A stretch of DNA of 64,000 bases from Lingula anatina (GCA_051362555.1 CM120641.1:18848001-18912000), one strand, 5' to 3'. Positions 1-15,507 are shown, counted from the stretch's first letter. Numbers and translations are program-made. Notes: a model not told the origin generated them from the sequence alone.

Positions 1-3000
1 GGAAATCCCTGGTTTGCTGCAGCTATCTCTGATAGTATGACTTTAACAACATCCTCACCCAATTCTCTGTGACCTACAAAATTCTGAAAAAAAAAGCAAA
101 AAGTACATAATTAAGTAAACTTTTGAGATATCTACACAATCAATTCTTTAATCTGGTTTTATAAATGAACATCTGAAATTTATTGGGCTCATTCTCCAAA
201 AACCTTTCAATAAATATTCCAATTTTCTATAGCAAAGCTTAATAATAATAATTATACTTAGAATTGGTGTACAATCTATATCCAGTTTAACCAGACTCGA
301 CTTAAATGATTAAGTTATTCAAGGAACTTGAATTCCTTTATCAATAACTAAAATAACATCTTTCTCATACCTGGTCTACCTTTTTATAACCAAGGTCAAT
401 TATTTCTGAAAACATGCCGGGTGTCAAAGGCTTTGTCTCATCAACTCTATCAAATTCACAATTTGGGGGACGAAACTTTACAGGCAACTGTGGAGTAGAA
501 AGGTTCCACAAATGTTGAACCTCTGAGGCAGTATAAATTTTCTGCTGCACATGGTTGTCTTTTGGAAAAGGAGGGTAATCGGCAGCAACTGTGGAAGCAC
601 CAATAGATGACTGCTTCTTTAGGGGTTCTGGGACACTGCTCAAGAGAAACTGTCTTCTGGCCTAAAATCAAAGATTTTAAAATAGATCAAATTTCTCCTT
701 AAAAAATGCCCATATGGATGACAGCTTTCAATCTTACGATGGATATGAGAACCATGGCCAAAAAAGAGAAAAGAATTTTCAATACAAAAGAGATCATCCA
801 GATAACTCTAAGCACTTAATTGCACTTTATTTAAAGATAAAGCAATTTAAGATGTATTTTATCATGCTAACAAGCTTCAATAACAAATTAATTATCAGCA
901 TTCAACACAACAAAATATTTTAAGATTTGTGGTACAAGTAAGAGAGGTTCACCTGCAGCGCTGCGTCCTCCTCCTTGGTGAGTTTCTTTCTTGGTTTCTC
1001 CTCTGGCTTCTTTTCTTTGGCATCTCGTCTTGGTTGAAAGATCGAAGCAAGCTTAACTGCTATTGAATCAAAAATTAAGGACCATCTGTAGCACACAGAA
1101 TGGACTTCCATCACACATCAGCATCATAAAACACACTTAAGATACAACTGACAAAAATAGTTATTTTCCTTACAGCTTGAATAAGCATCCATGATTTCCA
1201 AGTTCAGTGAAGTGACAAATGATTTCTTAGTAACCAAGTTGAATTTTGTACAAGCCTTACAGTTACAAAGTTTATAAGTTTATTATAACTGATTTGAGCC
1301 AAAATGTTCAAACATAATTGAAGTTATGGTTGCCTTTCAGAAGGACTGTACTGCACTCATAACAAATGAGTCATAATAAGGTTACAGAATCATTCATCTT
1401 TCCCAGTCCTTGATTTTTAATTTCCTATGCTGGGGTAGCGCTAACACTTGCCAATTTAGCCAAATGCTAAAACTGACTTAAATTGGCTAAAGAAAAAGGG
1501 CTATGTTTGACATGTTTTAGCCAAATTATAACCATTTTGATAACAAAATGACAAAAATGCGGTGATTTGGCTAAGCGAAAAAAATTGCTCGCGCTACGCC
1601 AGCTATGTATAACATTATAACAAATCTATACACAATTAAAATGATAGTTTCTCAGTATGTATTTTTAAAATTTCTTATCTTTATATGTCAATATAATGTA
1701 CATCATCACTAGTACATGTCATATGTTAAAGAAATTCATTCGTTATTTCTTTTTGCTACCTTTTTGACATAATTTTACCTTTCTTGGGAGTTTTCTTTTT
1801 AGGCGTATCTCCTTGTTTTGGCTTGGAACACTTATCCTTTACTTTGATAACAGTAATTTCTTCTTCCTCACCACCTTTTGACTTTGACCGTTTTGTGCTC
1901 TTCTTTCCGTCTGACACTTGCAACAATGCTTGGTTGGCTAACTGAGCACTGTGTCTGGACGAACGGCGTACACCACATACTTTTTCTTCATTGTGAGCAC
2001 TTTTGCCACCTTTGGATTTCTGCTTAGATTTTATTTTAGTGGATTTAGTTTTGGCTTTTTGGAGCAACTCTTGAGCTTTATTCTTTTGCTGGATACTGAT
2101 CTGAAAAATACAGTACAGCAAACTTCATGCATTGTAATGTCTATTTCTTAAAATCATTCAATCCTTCATCAAATGGTGATACAACTAGAAAATTTAGTTG
2201 CCCAAAAGACAACAAAAACTGTTTGAGAGAAATAATATAAAGTTAAATAAAAGATAAATAAAAATTATCAACAAAAATATTTTTCAATAAATTTATAATA
2301 TGAACAGAGCACACATCATAATACCTTTGCTTTAATGTTTGCATTTTTGGAAGACTTTGGGGTAAATACTGCATCTTCCTCCAAATCAGTATTTTTTCCT
2401 CTCACCCTGGAGAAAAATATTCAGTTGAGAAATATAAATTTCATGATGACAACAGTATACAAATTTCAGTTATGTGAATATACAACTGAATACTTCTCGA
2501 GTTCATTTCAATTTTTTTAGTTAACCTACTTCTATTAAAGATTCTGACAGCAAAGAAAGTACTGTAATACATAATTATATAAGTAGTTACAACTAAACAA
2601 AAAAATGTTAGGGACCTAAAATTACATCAGAACACATCATATTAGCTTTTGAAAGAGTTAAAACTTCTCCCAGGCAAAAAGATAAGCTAATGAAACAACA
2701 AAGGGGAAGTGGGGCATCCAGGGAAATTATTTGCAGCAAGTTTATGCTCAGCTGATAAAAATAATTTAAAATTAATGTAACTTACCTTGTGATGGTCATT
2801 TTCAGGCCACCATCTTTTTTCTTATTCATTTTTGCCTTGAAAACACTTTTTAATGCCTTTTTCTTGGTGGAGTCTGGTTTTAAACTGCTCTTTGTCTGTC
2901 GCAATGGAGTTTTCCTTGGGGTAGAGTCATGTGAATCTTCATCTACCGACATGCCTATATCATGTGTTGTCATAACATCCACAGATTTATTCCCTGTCAT

Positions 3001-5163
3001 ATTGTGCATTTTCTTCACAATCTTCGGAGGTGTTGCAACCACAATGTCATCGCCAATTTTTTTCTTTTTCTGTGAGCTTCCCATTCTGACAGTTGCTGAG
3101 ATCTGAACATCATGCTTTCTTTTTCCAGTTTCCCTTCTTTTTAAGGGTGTGGCATTCGAATCCTCACTATTCACATAAATGGACTTCTCATTCTTCGTAG
3201 ATTCATTTGTCTTTAGTGGTGTCATGAGCAAAACCTCTTCCTCCTCTTGTGGAGTTGCTGATTTAGATTTTTTACCTTTTTTGGTGGAAGAGGTTTCTTT
3301 ACTATTTCTTTTAACTTTGTCTTGTGAATCATTATTTTCAGTGCAATTCTTCTTGACATCATTCTCTGCAGTCTCTTCCTTTGTTGGTTTTACGACTCCC
3401 ATCTGAAATCCCTTAGCTGTGAACATAATGGTAGCTTGAGTGGATTTTTGACTGACTGGTGCTGTAGACTTGGAACTCAGGAAAGCTTTGGCACTTTCGC
3501 TAATCTGTTTTACTTGGCTTTCACTCGAGTCATGGCTTTCTCCTTGTAATATGTTTTTACTGGAATCATTAGGCATACAAGCCACATCTTTTTGGTCACT
3601 GGTAGCTTTATTTTCATCAACAGGAATGTTTCGTGCCTTTTTGTCCAAGGCAATATCATAGGTGCCAAGTTGAATGATTTCTAAATCGAGATCATTTTCT
3701 TCAGCGATTACATTTGATCTTCTTTTTCCACTTCTTGGACTGGAACCATCACTTTTTTCACTACATTCACTAGTTTCTGAGGGTTTTGTTTTCTTTTTCT
3801 TTTCTTTTTTAATACTTGATAGAGATACAGAAGAATGCACATCAGCAGTTATAGTTAGTTGTTTGTGTATGGTCTTCTTTTCAAAGGACTGTGATCCTTC
3901 CCCTGTTTTCTTAAAAAACCTCCCTATCCCCAGCTGAGGTTTCTTTTCAGATGTCCCCCTGTCCATAATGTTCTCTTCATCACCACATGGACTTTCGTTT
4001 TTTGTTTCCTCTTCTCCTGCATTGGATGGTGGTTTTTGCTCTTTACTTTCAATGGGAGAGCCTGAAGCACTTTCTACAGAATTATCCTTAAGAAACTCCT
4101 GATAAGAGATCTCCATGTAAAGGGAACGAGAGGAATTAAAACCATCCTCTTCCATGGCTTTTTCATTTTCAGAATCCATATCACAATCTCCTGCATCAGT
4201 AACACTGTCATTCTCGTTCAGTTCTAGACTGCTCTTCTCTTTTGAGTCTACATCATCACAATTCATGCTCAAAAAATCCTGGTATGAAATTTCACAAACA
4301 TCCTCTTTGGACGCAGTCTTAGTTACCTCCGTCAGTTCTTCAGCTGAAGACTTCTGGCATATTTTGGATTTATCATCATCAAAAGGCAAGTCATTTTTTT
4401 CAATTTTCTTAGTTATGCAATCTTTCTTTCTCTTTGTCTTCTTTCCATGTACTGTCAGATGGGATCCATCATCTCCATCTGAAATATCATTTACTAATGC
4501 ACTTGCTTGCTGAGCATCCTTCTCGGATACTATTGTACCTGATATTGAAGGGTTCTTCTGATTTCCATTTACAGCTTTAGCAAGTTTCTTTGATCTAGTC
4601 TTGCCTGTCTGTTTATCAACTTTCAATTCAGAAGTATCTACATCCTCATTTTTGGTCATGGTGGATTCTTTATCAGGTTTGTCTAATGGAGCAGCTGTAA
4701 CCATTCCACCAGCACTTTGACTTACACTCTCTTTGCTCTTTAAACCCCCATTACAAGGTGGTGAGGATAGCTTGTTGAAGTAACCAAGCAATGTTGATTT
4801 ATTCTCTATTACTGGTTGAGATTTTAAAGGTTTCTTGAAGAAATCTGTGATAGTTGCAATTTTCCGGCTGGGGGTTATGTCCTGATTTGCTGCAAGGCCT
4901 CCCTGGATAGAGAGAAAAGGTTATAACGAAACATATCCTACTGCTGCAATGATGCAATGTATGTTAAAAATGTGTGATTTTATTTCCTATCTACAAGCAT
5001 ATATATCATATGTATATAAAAACTTATACAACCAACACCCTTCAATCAGTATATGTTTAGAAGAAAACATGCTTGGAAAGAGAAAACTTGTAGCAGAGCT
5101 TATACATACTCCTTCCTCTTTTTCTACCTTGCTGCCACCCTCCATTGGTATTATCCCAGGCAT
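1..5163 (-). CDS. ATAD5: ATPase family AAA domain-containing protein 5 (ELG1, PCNA unloader), 5' part; gene continues beyond the left edge
   Basis: Exons 5163-5110 (MPGIIPMEGG...), 4902-2786, ~2407-2325, 2100-~1779, 1059-953, 661-371 and 83-1 splice in phase. Motifs match vertebrate ATAD5 as recalled: TITDFF/STLLGYF, EISYQEFL, LTITADVH, RRSNVIAEENDLDLEII (SIM-like), KAQELLQKAK, LASIF, RRQFLLSSVPEPLKKQ...HVQQK...LWNL, ILSEIAAANQGF. A probable non-coding first exon ends at the GTAAGT donor near 5575. Confidence 0.88.
1429..1603. mobile_element. MITE-like element in an ATAD5 intron
   Basis: Imperfect terminal inverted repeats GCTGGGGTAGCGCTAACA / TGCTCGCGCTACGCCAGC, internal TTTAGCCAA/TTGGCTAA repeats, and TAT on both flanks. 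Confidence 0.65.
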
Positions 5164-5659
5164 CAGTATTTTCAGGCTAGAATAATTAAAAGGTATTCAA
5201 AATTATCTTTGCACACGAATGTGCCCCGTCCAAATAATTCATTTGTAATTTGACCAGTTCATAAAATTAAACATAAACAGTTGTTAAGCTAGTGCACTGA
5301 TCTGAAGATAATGGTTTGTCAGGTAAGAAGGGATAGCAATTCGATATTATTTAAGAAATTGGTGGTGATCATCAAGCTTCACAGTTGTGTTATTTTTAAA
5401 AAGAAAACAAAATGACAGATTTATGGAATATTCTACAACTTAGTACCGCAGACCTACATTCGTACAATACAGACAATATTGATATGATTGAAAATGCTTT
5501 TCAGCAGAAAGCTACATGGTAATGTGAATGGGTCAACACTACATTTTAAGGGGACCTAAAGAAGTGTTACTTACTTTTTTAAACGACCTGATCTGCTGAG
5601 TGAAAACCTCTAAGGTTAAAACCGGCAGCCGATGAAAATATTCCTAACATAATAAATCT

Positions 5660-5669
5660 GGCGCGAAAA
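5660..5669 (-). promoter_or_regulatory. E2F consensus site (TTTTCGCGCC) in the ATAD5/RPS9 divergent promoter
   Basis: GGCGCGAAAA on the + strand, next to the putative ATAD5 first exon. Fits an S-phase gene. Confidence 0.55.
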
Positions 5670-6092
5670 ATATTCCAAACTAACCTTGACCTTGGTGGAC
5701 AAACTGTATTCAGAGTTAACCAAACTATTCCGAATATACCTTCGATATATTGTTTTAATGTTTGATGTATCAAATTTACGCAAAAGAAGTGTAATCTACA
5801 ATAAAAAATAACATTGAGATTAATTTACATTGAAAAACATACAGGAGCTACTTTTACTACAATTATTGGTGCTGCTTTTAACCAGACCAACCCACAACGC
5901 AACTCCGTCACGAGAAATAAGTTCCAAATATTATACATTTTTGTATCATCAAGCAATGCTCTAGACCCATTTGTTTATTATATGGACTTATATCTTAATA
6001 TATATAATTTCATTATGTCACTATAAATTTAAGATATCATATCTATATCCAAACTCACTTTAACCAGGCGCATCAATATATCAGTAGCCCTA

Positions 6093-6107
6093 CTTCTCCC
6101 TTTTCCC
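6093..6107 (+). promoter_or_regulatory. Polypyrimidine TCT initiator / 5'TOP of RPS9
   Basis: CTTCTCCCTTTTCCC about 300 bp upstream of the RPS9 ATG, followed by a short non-coding exon and an intron ending CCCAG at 6384. Typical ribosomal-protein gene layout. Confidence 0.65.
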
Positions 6108-6394
6108 GCAAGCTGCCATCGTGTGACCACGTTGAGTAGGTTCCTCAAACTGAATTTAAGTTTGTTACGATGTTGCACAAGGTTAACCCATCATTTAAAT
6201 GCATAAAAGGAGATAAGAGCACCTTTTTTAGTTTAAAGTAAATAAATACATTTGAACCTTAATTCTAATGCGTTTTTCATTAACATACGGCAAGCACGTG
6301 TTAACCGACCGGCCGTTTTCCCCACAGGGCCACACACTTAGCCGTCATCATTTTATCTTTCGTTCTCTCTTTTCACTTCCCAGGTGGCTAATAG

Positions 6395-8009
<1,615 letters not shown>

Positions 8010-9051
8010 GCTTCAAAAAAGACTCCCATCACATTATCATTATATTGTGCCACGAGTTGCAGAAGAAAGACTGTCTGAATTTTGTGATGTGGATCATATT
8101 GCATTGAAGAATAAATTTGTAGAATCGGAATTTATGGTTTTCATGTGTGAATTTGTATAAATGCATAGGAAACTTCTGTTGGAGTTCAGTGTTCTACAAT
8201 TTTCTGTTTAAAAAACGGCCTCCAGCTGCTTCACCATTTACTCTTGAATCTTCACTTCTTGAATAGGTAATAACTAAACTTTGACAGGAGAGCAAGAAAG
8301 GCATACTGAACTACAGAGATGAAATGATTCCGATTACATCCAAGATTGTCCTTGCAAATCAATTCAAAACGTAAGAAAAACAATGTAAATATTTTAACTT
8401 TAATTGACACCTTGCAATGGTGCACTTCGAAAACCGATTCTCTTATTAAACGGGCCTGTTTTACCATATTTCACATAAAACTGCTCGATTATATCATTCT
8501 AAAGATGAATAGGTCTCTGACCAGAAGCTTGATGAAACGAGTTGATGAGAAAGCATAAGTCCTATTTGTGGTTAATATGCTTCTATTTTTCATTGATTTT
8601 ATTGGATTAGGCCAAACAAATGTGTAGGTTACTGGCCATTAGGCAAGCACTAAATTATTATTTCCCAGCTTCTCTGCAATGATATAACCTCTAATCATGA
8701 AAGTGTGCCTCAAACAGAAATAAAAGTCATAAAGGACACATTGGACAAATACATACAGCATGTGGCATGAATGCAAATTTGAAATTATAATCATTTAAAA
8801 ATAAGTAACACTGCACAAGCAAGCAGATTCTTAAGAATAAAGAGATGTTGTTTTTACCCTGTGAACAAGAAGATGGTTCAATTGACTTGTTTCAGGCATT
8901 TTGCCCAGATTGACAATAACATGATTTATGAATGCAGTTTGTTAAAGTGAGCTTAGCAACTGTCTACTGTTTGAGAGCAACCAACTCCATTGTATTATTT
9001 CTGCTGTCTTAGAATTCAGAATTTCCATATATGAATGGGTTTGAGAGTTGT

Positions 9052-12000
9052 CTACGATTTGCTTGTTACCATCTCGGCAGAGTTCAATTTTAACCAGGTT
9101 TCCATTTTAGAATTAATACGCTGAAGTTGGCTGACTGTTTCCAGGTCCTTTGTTTTTTCGATGAGTAAGGCTGGTACATTGGCCTCCACTTGATAATCCT
9201 TGAAAGAAATATGACAATTCTAGAGTGCATCATCATTTCATGAAAAAAAAAGGGGGAGCTCTATACATTTCACTATAAAAAACCTGCAGCTGAGGAAGTT
9301 TTATGATAAACTGTCACTTACTTCAATACCCAAACTACTTAATAAGCATCACTGGTTTAAGACTTCAAATGAAAAAAATACCTCTTCTTCTGCCTGAGCA
9401 GGGTTGGTGTCCCTGTACTTTTGTTGCAGTTCTTGCAGGTCAGTTAAAAAACTACTAACTTCTTTAGCAGCCTGTAATTTTTTCCTCTCTTCTTCATGTT
9501 CCCATTTCAAGGCAGACAATTCTGACCTTGACCTAAAACAGTGGACTGTCATTTGAACTTTTTGAGCATTACAAATAGGCTAACTGAAATTTTAACCTAC
9601 AGCATTTACTTTTAAGAAACCTTATCATAGTCAAGTTTTATGTTTAACATTACTTTCTAGATCTTAGTGCATTGACAACATTCCATTCCATATATATTTT
9701 AAAAGAAAACCTTTGATGAAATTTGCAAAATAATACTTACACAGATTGATCTTTCTGATAGCGCAGTATCTCCATCCTGTGTTTTCTTATACCAGATGTG
9801 CTCTACAAAGAATTTTTTTTAATATTTAAAATGACTTTGTAAAAAAATAAATAGACAAAGACCACAAAAACACCCAAAAGGCAATCAATTTTTATTTAAA
9901 ATCTTGTCTATCTTTAGTGAAAATTGATCCATACATTTTCCTATTAAAGACAGAAATCTAGCTCCATACCTTTAATTGGGCAGATTTTAGACTTCTTACT
10001 TCAAGAGCAAGGTCAATCTGAAATAAAAACAATTAAGTAAAATATAAAAAAATATTTATAAAAATATAATTTGAGTTTTTTAAGCCACATTCCAAATGAC
10101 AAAACCTGTGATGTATTGTAGGTCAGTGTTTCAACAGTGAGCCTACAAGCTGTTATTTGGATGGCTTGTTAAAATCTAAGTTAACACTTTTTTCTTCATT
10201 GCAAAAGGTGGGGGGGTCATCTTTTGATGCTTCTGGCTCTGCACTGTAACTGCCCCCACCCCAACCACCATCACCACATATTTAGGACAGCATATTTCAA
10301 AATCCTAGCAAAACCCCTGATAGTGATTAAAATTAACCCAATTCACTGCTCTGTGAAGGTACTTACTGTGTCAAACACAACTTCTCTTAAATCAAACACA
10401 AACTGACTGATTCCTCTTCTAACAGCTTTTGTTGTTGCATTATCTCTGAAACAAAATCATTCACATTTTTTTCATATAAATCAATGTATGCATGTTTAAC
10501 AACATAACAATATTGGGAAAAATCAAATCATGAAAGATAATTTGGATTAAATCCCAATAATGTATCAAAAATAAGAAGGCAGTAATCAAAAGTCTCCATT
10601 TGCTTATCTATTAAAAAACGATAATAAAAACCTCCAAACCTAACAAGTGCAGCAATGTCTTCAATTGCTTCCAGGGCCACATCCAGATCAGTGGCATCAG
10701 AAATATTTCTCTTTCTACCTCCACTCCACAAACGAACAGATTTTGCTGAAAAAAAAATCAATGAAAACCGTTTACATAAACTTTCAGCAAACCACTAATA
10801 ATAAAAGGTAACAATGGTATAAAACCATTTCTATTGTTTTGGGTGTAAATCACAGGGCTATGGTTACGGGATGTTTTGGACAAATTGACTTTTGGTCAGA
10901 AAAGGTACACTTATTACCCTGTGTCAAAATTTAGGTTTTATGCCATATCTCAAGAGGTACAGAGGTACACACGTTAAGGTTCACTTTTTCAAGAAAAATA
11001 AAAAAAGACCCTCCCCCTTTCTTGAGATTGCTTTCTTCAGGCCTAAATCACACTTTTAGCACTGCTTTTGATCTTACTGATTCTTTCATAACAGAACTGC
11101 CAAAATATGTGTTTGCCAGTTTTGGATAAAATTTATTATACCCCGATTTGTTTCCTCTAACGACTGTGTAGTCCGTTTTTTTGGTTTTTGCACAGGTTGT
11201 TTTTCTGGAACGCTTGGTGTCCTGGCATCCATCACTGCTGTTCCATCTAGAATGCTTAGATCCTTAAGAAAAATAAGTATTACATCATTCCTTTTTCATT
11301 AAAAACCCTTCACTTTCATTCTTTGGAATAAGTTTAACTATGTACAAGATAAAGTTTAATATGGTTTCATTTCCTCAATAAAAAAACGTCAAATACTGAA
11401 ATATGTAAACTTTCTGAAAGGATTCTGGATTCCTTTACACCCATGACAAATACAGACAGCATTTGGCATCTTTATTGCATTTTTCAAAAACTTCATTCTG
11501 TCAGTTATAATGACAAATGTCATAATATCAATAGATGTATTCTTGATTATACATATTATTTTATAACAGCATTAACATAATTTACTAAGTCAAATCTCAC
11601 CATGCTTCTATTCAAAGGAGTTTGAATTCTCTCAGTTTGTGTTCTTCCTCCTTTAAAACTCATGGGTGTGCTTACAATGCTTGGGGGACGTCTGGGAGTG
11701 TATCTGATTCTTGGACCCGATCTTTCTGCTGTTGAGGAAGAAGTGGTTTCATTTCCTACAGATTTTGGCAATGTACTGTTTTTATCCTTGGTACTCCTTT
11801 GATAAACTGGCCCAGAGTTGGAACCTGTAGTACTTGAGCTGTGCTTTGGGGTGACAGTTTTAGCAAACGAAGTGTGCAAAGATGTATGCTTTTGATGTGT
11901 TGGACCCGATTCCAAACCCGACATCATTTGTTCATTGTCAGGATCAGCTCTCGCTCTGAAACTATTAATGAAAAATTGGGGTCTCCCTTATTGCAACATA

Positions 12001-14208
12001 TTATTATTTGAATCTATATTCAAATGTATTAAAATCATATCTCATTCCATGCCAGTTTTATAATAATAATAATTATTATTATTATTTATAGTCTAAAATC
12101 CATATAAAATGTTCAGTAGACTTTACATGGGTAAAATGAACAGAATAAGATGAATAAAGTCAGTAAATAAATAGTCAGTTAAAGATATTAAGATATTAAA
12201 ATGTATATGTGATATTATAAATTTCCCAATTATTTTCAAACTTAAAACAAGGATTTTAAACCTTATAATAGCAAGTCTGTCATATTAAAACACTGATTTT
12301 CATTAAAAGATTGGGACTTTTAAAGAGCTTATCACATCAAGAAGAGCCCAGGTCTAGCAAGGCCGAGACCTAAATATGGCGGACCTACATGAAAGGAAGA
12401 CAGTATAATCCTTTAATGGTCTCTCAGTGACATTCCTTGCTAGACCTCAGGTCTTCTCGATGTGAAGGCTCTCTTACCTAGATTTCCTAGAGACTATGTT
12501 ATCTGACCCTTGTTCAATATACTCCTCAATGCTTTCTTCTCCAGATGTTGGCCTTCCATCCTCTGAGTAATGCCCTTGTTCTGCATCAGAACCACTTTCA
12601 TCTTGGTCATATATTTTTTGCTGTGTGCCTTGTTCATTTAATTCTTCTTCAGAAAGATATTCTTCTTCTGATAAATGTCTATATTCTAAGTAAAATCAGA
12701 AAAAATGTTATATACAAACAGGAGAAACTGTTCATTATGGTCAAAAAAATTAATTTTCCTGGGGTAAATGGCAATTTTCCCATACTAACCAATGGTTAAT
12801 AAATCTATTTCTACATTCAAAGTTATTCCCTGGTTTTTTTCTAAAGAGTTTGTTTTTTGTAATAATCTCTTGAGAGATTATTATAGAGTATAGCCATCTA
12901 TGGAGGTCACGTGGTCCGATGACAAGCACAGATTGCAGATTCATTGCTATAACAGCTGTTTTTGTGGTAAAATGGATAATTATATTGATAAAATAATTGA
13001 TAAAAAGAAAAACAATAATTTGAAAAGAATAATTATACTTATATGAGTTGTTTACAATGTATTTACTGTGAAATAAAGAAATCATATGAAGAGTTGTTAT
13101 CCCTTTAAATACTTTATGCACATATAAAAGTAATGGATCAGCTGATTTTACAAGTCATTTTATGTGGTTTTAAGGTTCATTGACCTGTCAAAGTGACAGC
13201 CAAGCATTTCAACCCAAACAGCAGCATGTGGCACTATTCACAATTACCAGCACTACCAGTGTCATGACCAAGTCTTTACAGTGCAAAGGAAAAAAATAAA
13301 AATTGAGGAAAAATATAAAAATGTAGGGGTGCTCTAAACAAAAGTTCAACTTTACACCTGTCGACTTAAAAATGGATTATAGAATAAAGACAAGCACTAA
13401 CCTTGTTGCTGTGGTATAGCAACTGGAATATTGGACTGTAGGGCAACAGGTTCTGGTGAGGTATACACCTCAGAAAGTTCCTGATAAGAGCAAAAAGGGT
13501 GCCATGGACATGACATTTTAATTTTATGGAAATCATATTCTCAGTCTATTATCATGTAACACAGTGTGGCTTCTTTAATTCCTACAACAATTACATGTAC
13601 CACTCACAATTTGATAAAATTTCATATTTTGAATCACACTTTTATTTTAACACCATCTTCCTTCAGAAGGGAAATTACATACAACCAAGTCAAACTTACT
13701 TCTTGTGACTGTAACACAGCTGCAACTGGAGAAATATTGTTCTCCCAGTTTCTGACGAAAGTGAAAGGACGAACAGTGGTCGTGCGATTGTTCCTAAAAG
13801 TAAAGTGGAAGACGTAGGCCATCACATTATCAGTAATTTATCAATGTGGTTCATTAGTAAGCTCTTCTGAAATAAGTACATATTTTCAGTTGTTTAAGAG
13901 AGTACAACGCTATTTATAACATTGTCCGACTGGATATATCTTATGACTGTTTTAGTGTGTACGAAGCGGTGACTGTAATGACTAACGAGTCTTTACTAAC
14001 GTTTATCAAATACCGTCCGATTTGCAACTGACGTTTTAACGGACTATCACATATGCTAGTTTTTAATTTAAAAAAAAAACAGATGGTTAAAAATACACAG
14101 GAATAACAATACTTACAAAAATCTCCGATTAAGAATTGGACGAGTTCTTGAAGGTAAAAAGATGCTTTGAGAATTCTGAGAACTTTGAGATTGTGAATCT
14201 CCCTCCAT
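9052..14208 (-). CDS. CENPU: Centromere protein U-like (CENP-U/MLF1IP)
   Basis: Twelve phase-consistent exons (approx. 14208-14117, 13793-13700, 13480-13402, 12685-12478, 11955-11601, 11262-11142, 10745-10640, 10445-10367, 10017-9970, 9802-9741, 9532-9382, 9198-9052). A disordered acidic/Ser-rich N-half is followed by LWSGGRKRNISDATDLDVALEAIE, a coiled coil and FLTDLQELQQKY...YQVEANVPALL...QLQRINSKME. This resembles the recalled human CENP-U C-terminus FLSNLKQLYQDY...YDSSSLPALL...HLRNINHQLE. Confidence 0.72.
12322..12475. mobile_element. Foldback/MITE-like inverted repeat abutting a CENP-U splice donor
   Basis: Left arm AAGAGCTTATCACATCAAGAAGAGCCCAGGTCTAGCAAGG is the imperfect reverse complement of CCTTGCTAGACCTCAGGTCTTCTCGATGTGAAGGCTCTCTT. 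Confidence 0.7.
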
Positions 14209-15448
14209 TTCTGTCGCTTTCTGTGCTTCTATTCAAAAGAATCATTATCCAAGACGAGCTGGTTTCTGTACCGCAAATAGAAACGACATCAAGTACATTT
14301 TAGTGTTCTGCGTTTAAGACACAACTGTTCAACCCCCAAAAGGTTTTGCTCTTTTCATTTTTATGTATTCTTCATTGGAAATTCTAGAAAGCAAATGGAA
14401 CAAACTTTTAAACACTCAAAGAGCACTGATACATCTACCACATTTTGCAGGGCATTGGGACATATAAACTTTCCTTCTTTAGTCCATACATGGACAACTC
14501 AAAGTCGGCATAAACATTAAGTCAGTCTTCATTGACATTTTTCACTGGTCATGAACAACCTCTCTTTTGAGTTGATTACACCAAACCAGATAGGTGCAAT
14601 ACCAGAAATAAGACTAAAAGGAACCCCCCCCCCCCCCCTCCGAATTCAACAGGAAAAAATATTTGAGCCAGAGGGTCTATTTAGTAATTTTTTCCCCACC
14701 AATTAGATGTGCACAGATGGAAATGTCACACTTCTTTGTCATATAAAATAACTCTGTAATAAATGGTAAAACAAACCAATTTACTTTAATACAAAGTACA
14801 ACTATGTGAAGAAATCCAGCTCCAAACAGTTGAATAATGGACATTTGAATGATACAAACATTTAAAAGTTAGCACATTACCTTTCCACCAACAAATTGTA
14901 TAATTACAATATTCTTAATAAACAATTTTAAAACATTTTTATCAAGATATAAAGGTAAATGCCATGCTACAGATGAACAACCAAAAACTAAACTACGTGA
15001 CATTTTAGTACATAAACACAAACCAATTATGCTGGACACAGCATGCCACTTTTTCTTAAACTGTAAGTAAAAAGGGCACATTTCAAAATAACTGAACTAC
15101 CATAGCCAGCATAATGAAGATTCGGAAATCTCTCTTAACATTATGCCAAATCTAATACAAAATGTAGAAAAATAACAGTATATGTGAATTACAAACATAC
15201 TTCATTGAACTATACTGCATTTATATACAAAAACTATTAAAAAGTATTGCATAAGTATACACTATGTACATATGGAAAATTACATTATGTACAAACTACT
15301 TTCCACTCATCTTAGAAATACCCATTCCGGTCAACAGTTACATTTTCCCTCAATCTCTCTTTTACATTCATTAGGGAGGAAAGTTTGTACAATTAATGGA
15401 GGAGGAAGTGGTGTCAGTTTCTTCAATAAAATAACTCGATGAGCTTCA

Positions 15449-15456
15449 AAATAAAA

Positions 15457-15507
<51 letters not shown>

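Noticed and set aside
2789-4513. Several + strand ORFs rich in F/S/L
   Set aside because: They are antisense shadows of the K/E/S-rich ATAD5 exon.
5579-5773. ORF as the main ATAD5 first coding exon
   Set aside because: MPGIIPM at 5163 better matches the ATAD5 start (MVGVLAM-like) and splices in phase. The GTAAGT donor at 5574 lies after a stop codon, so this exon is more likely UTR.
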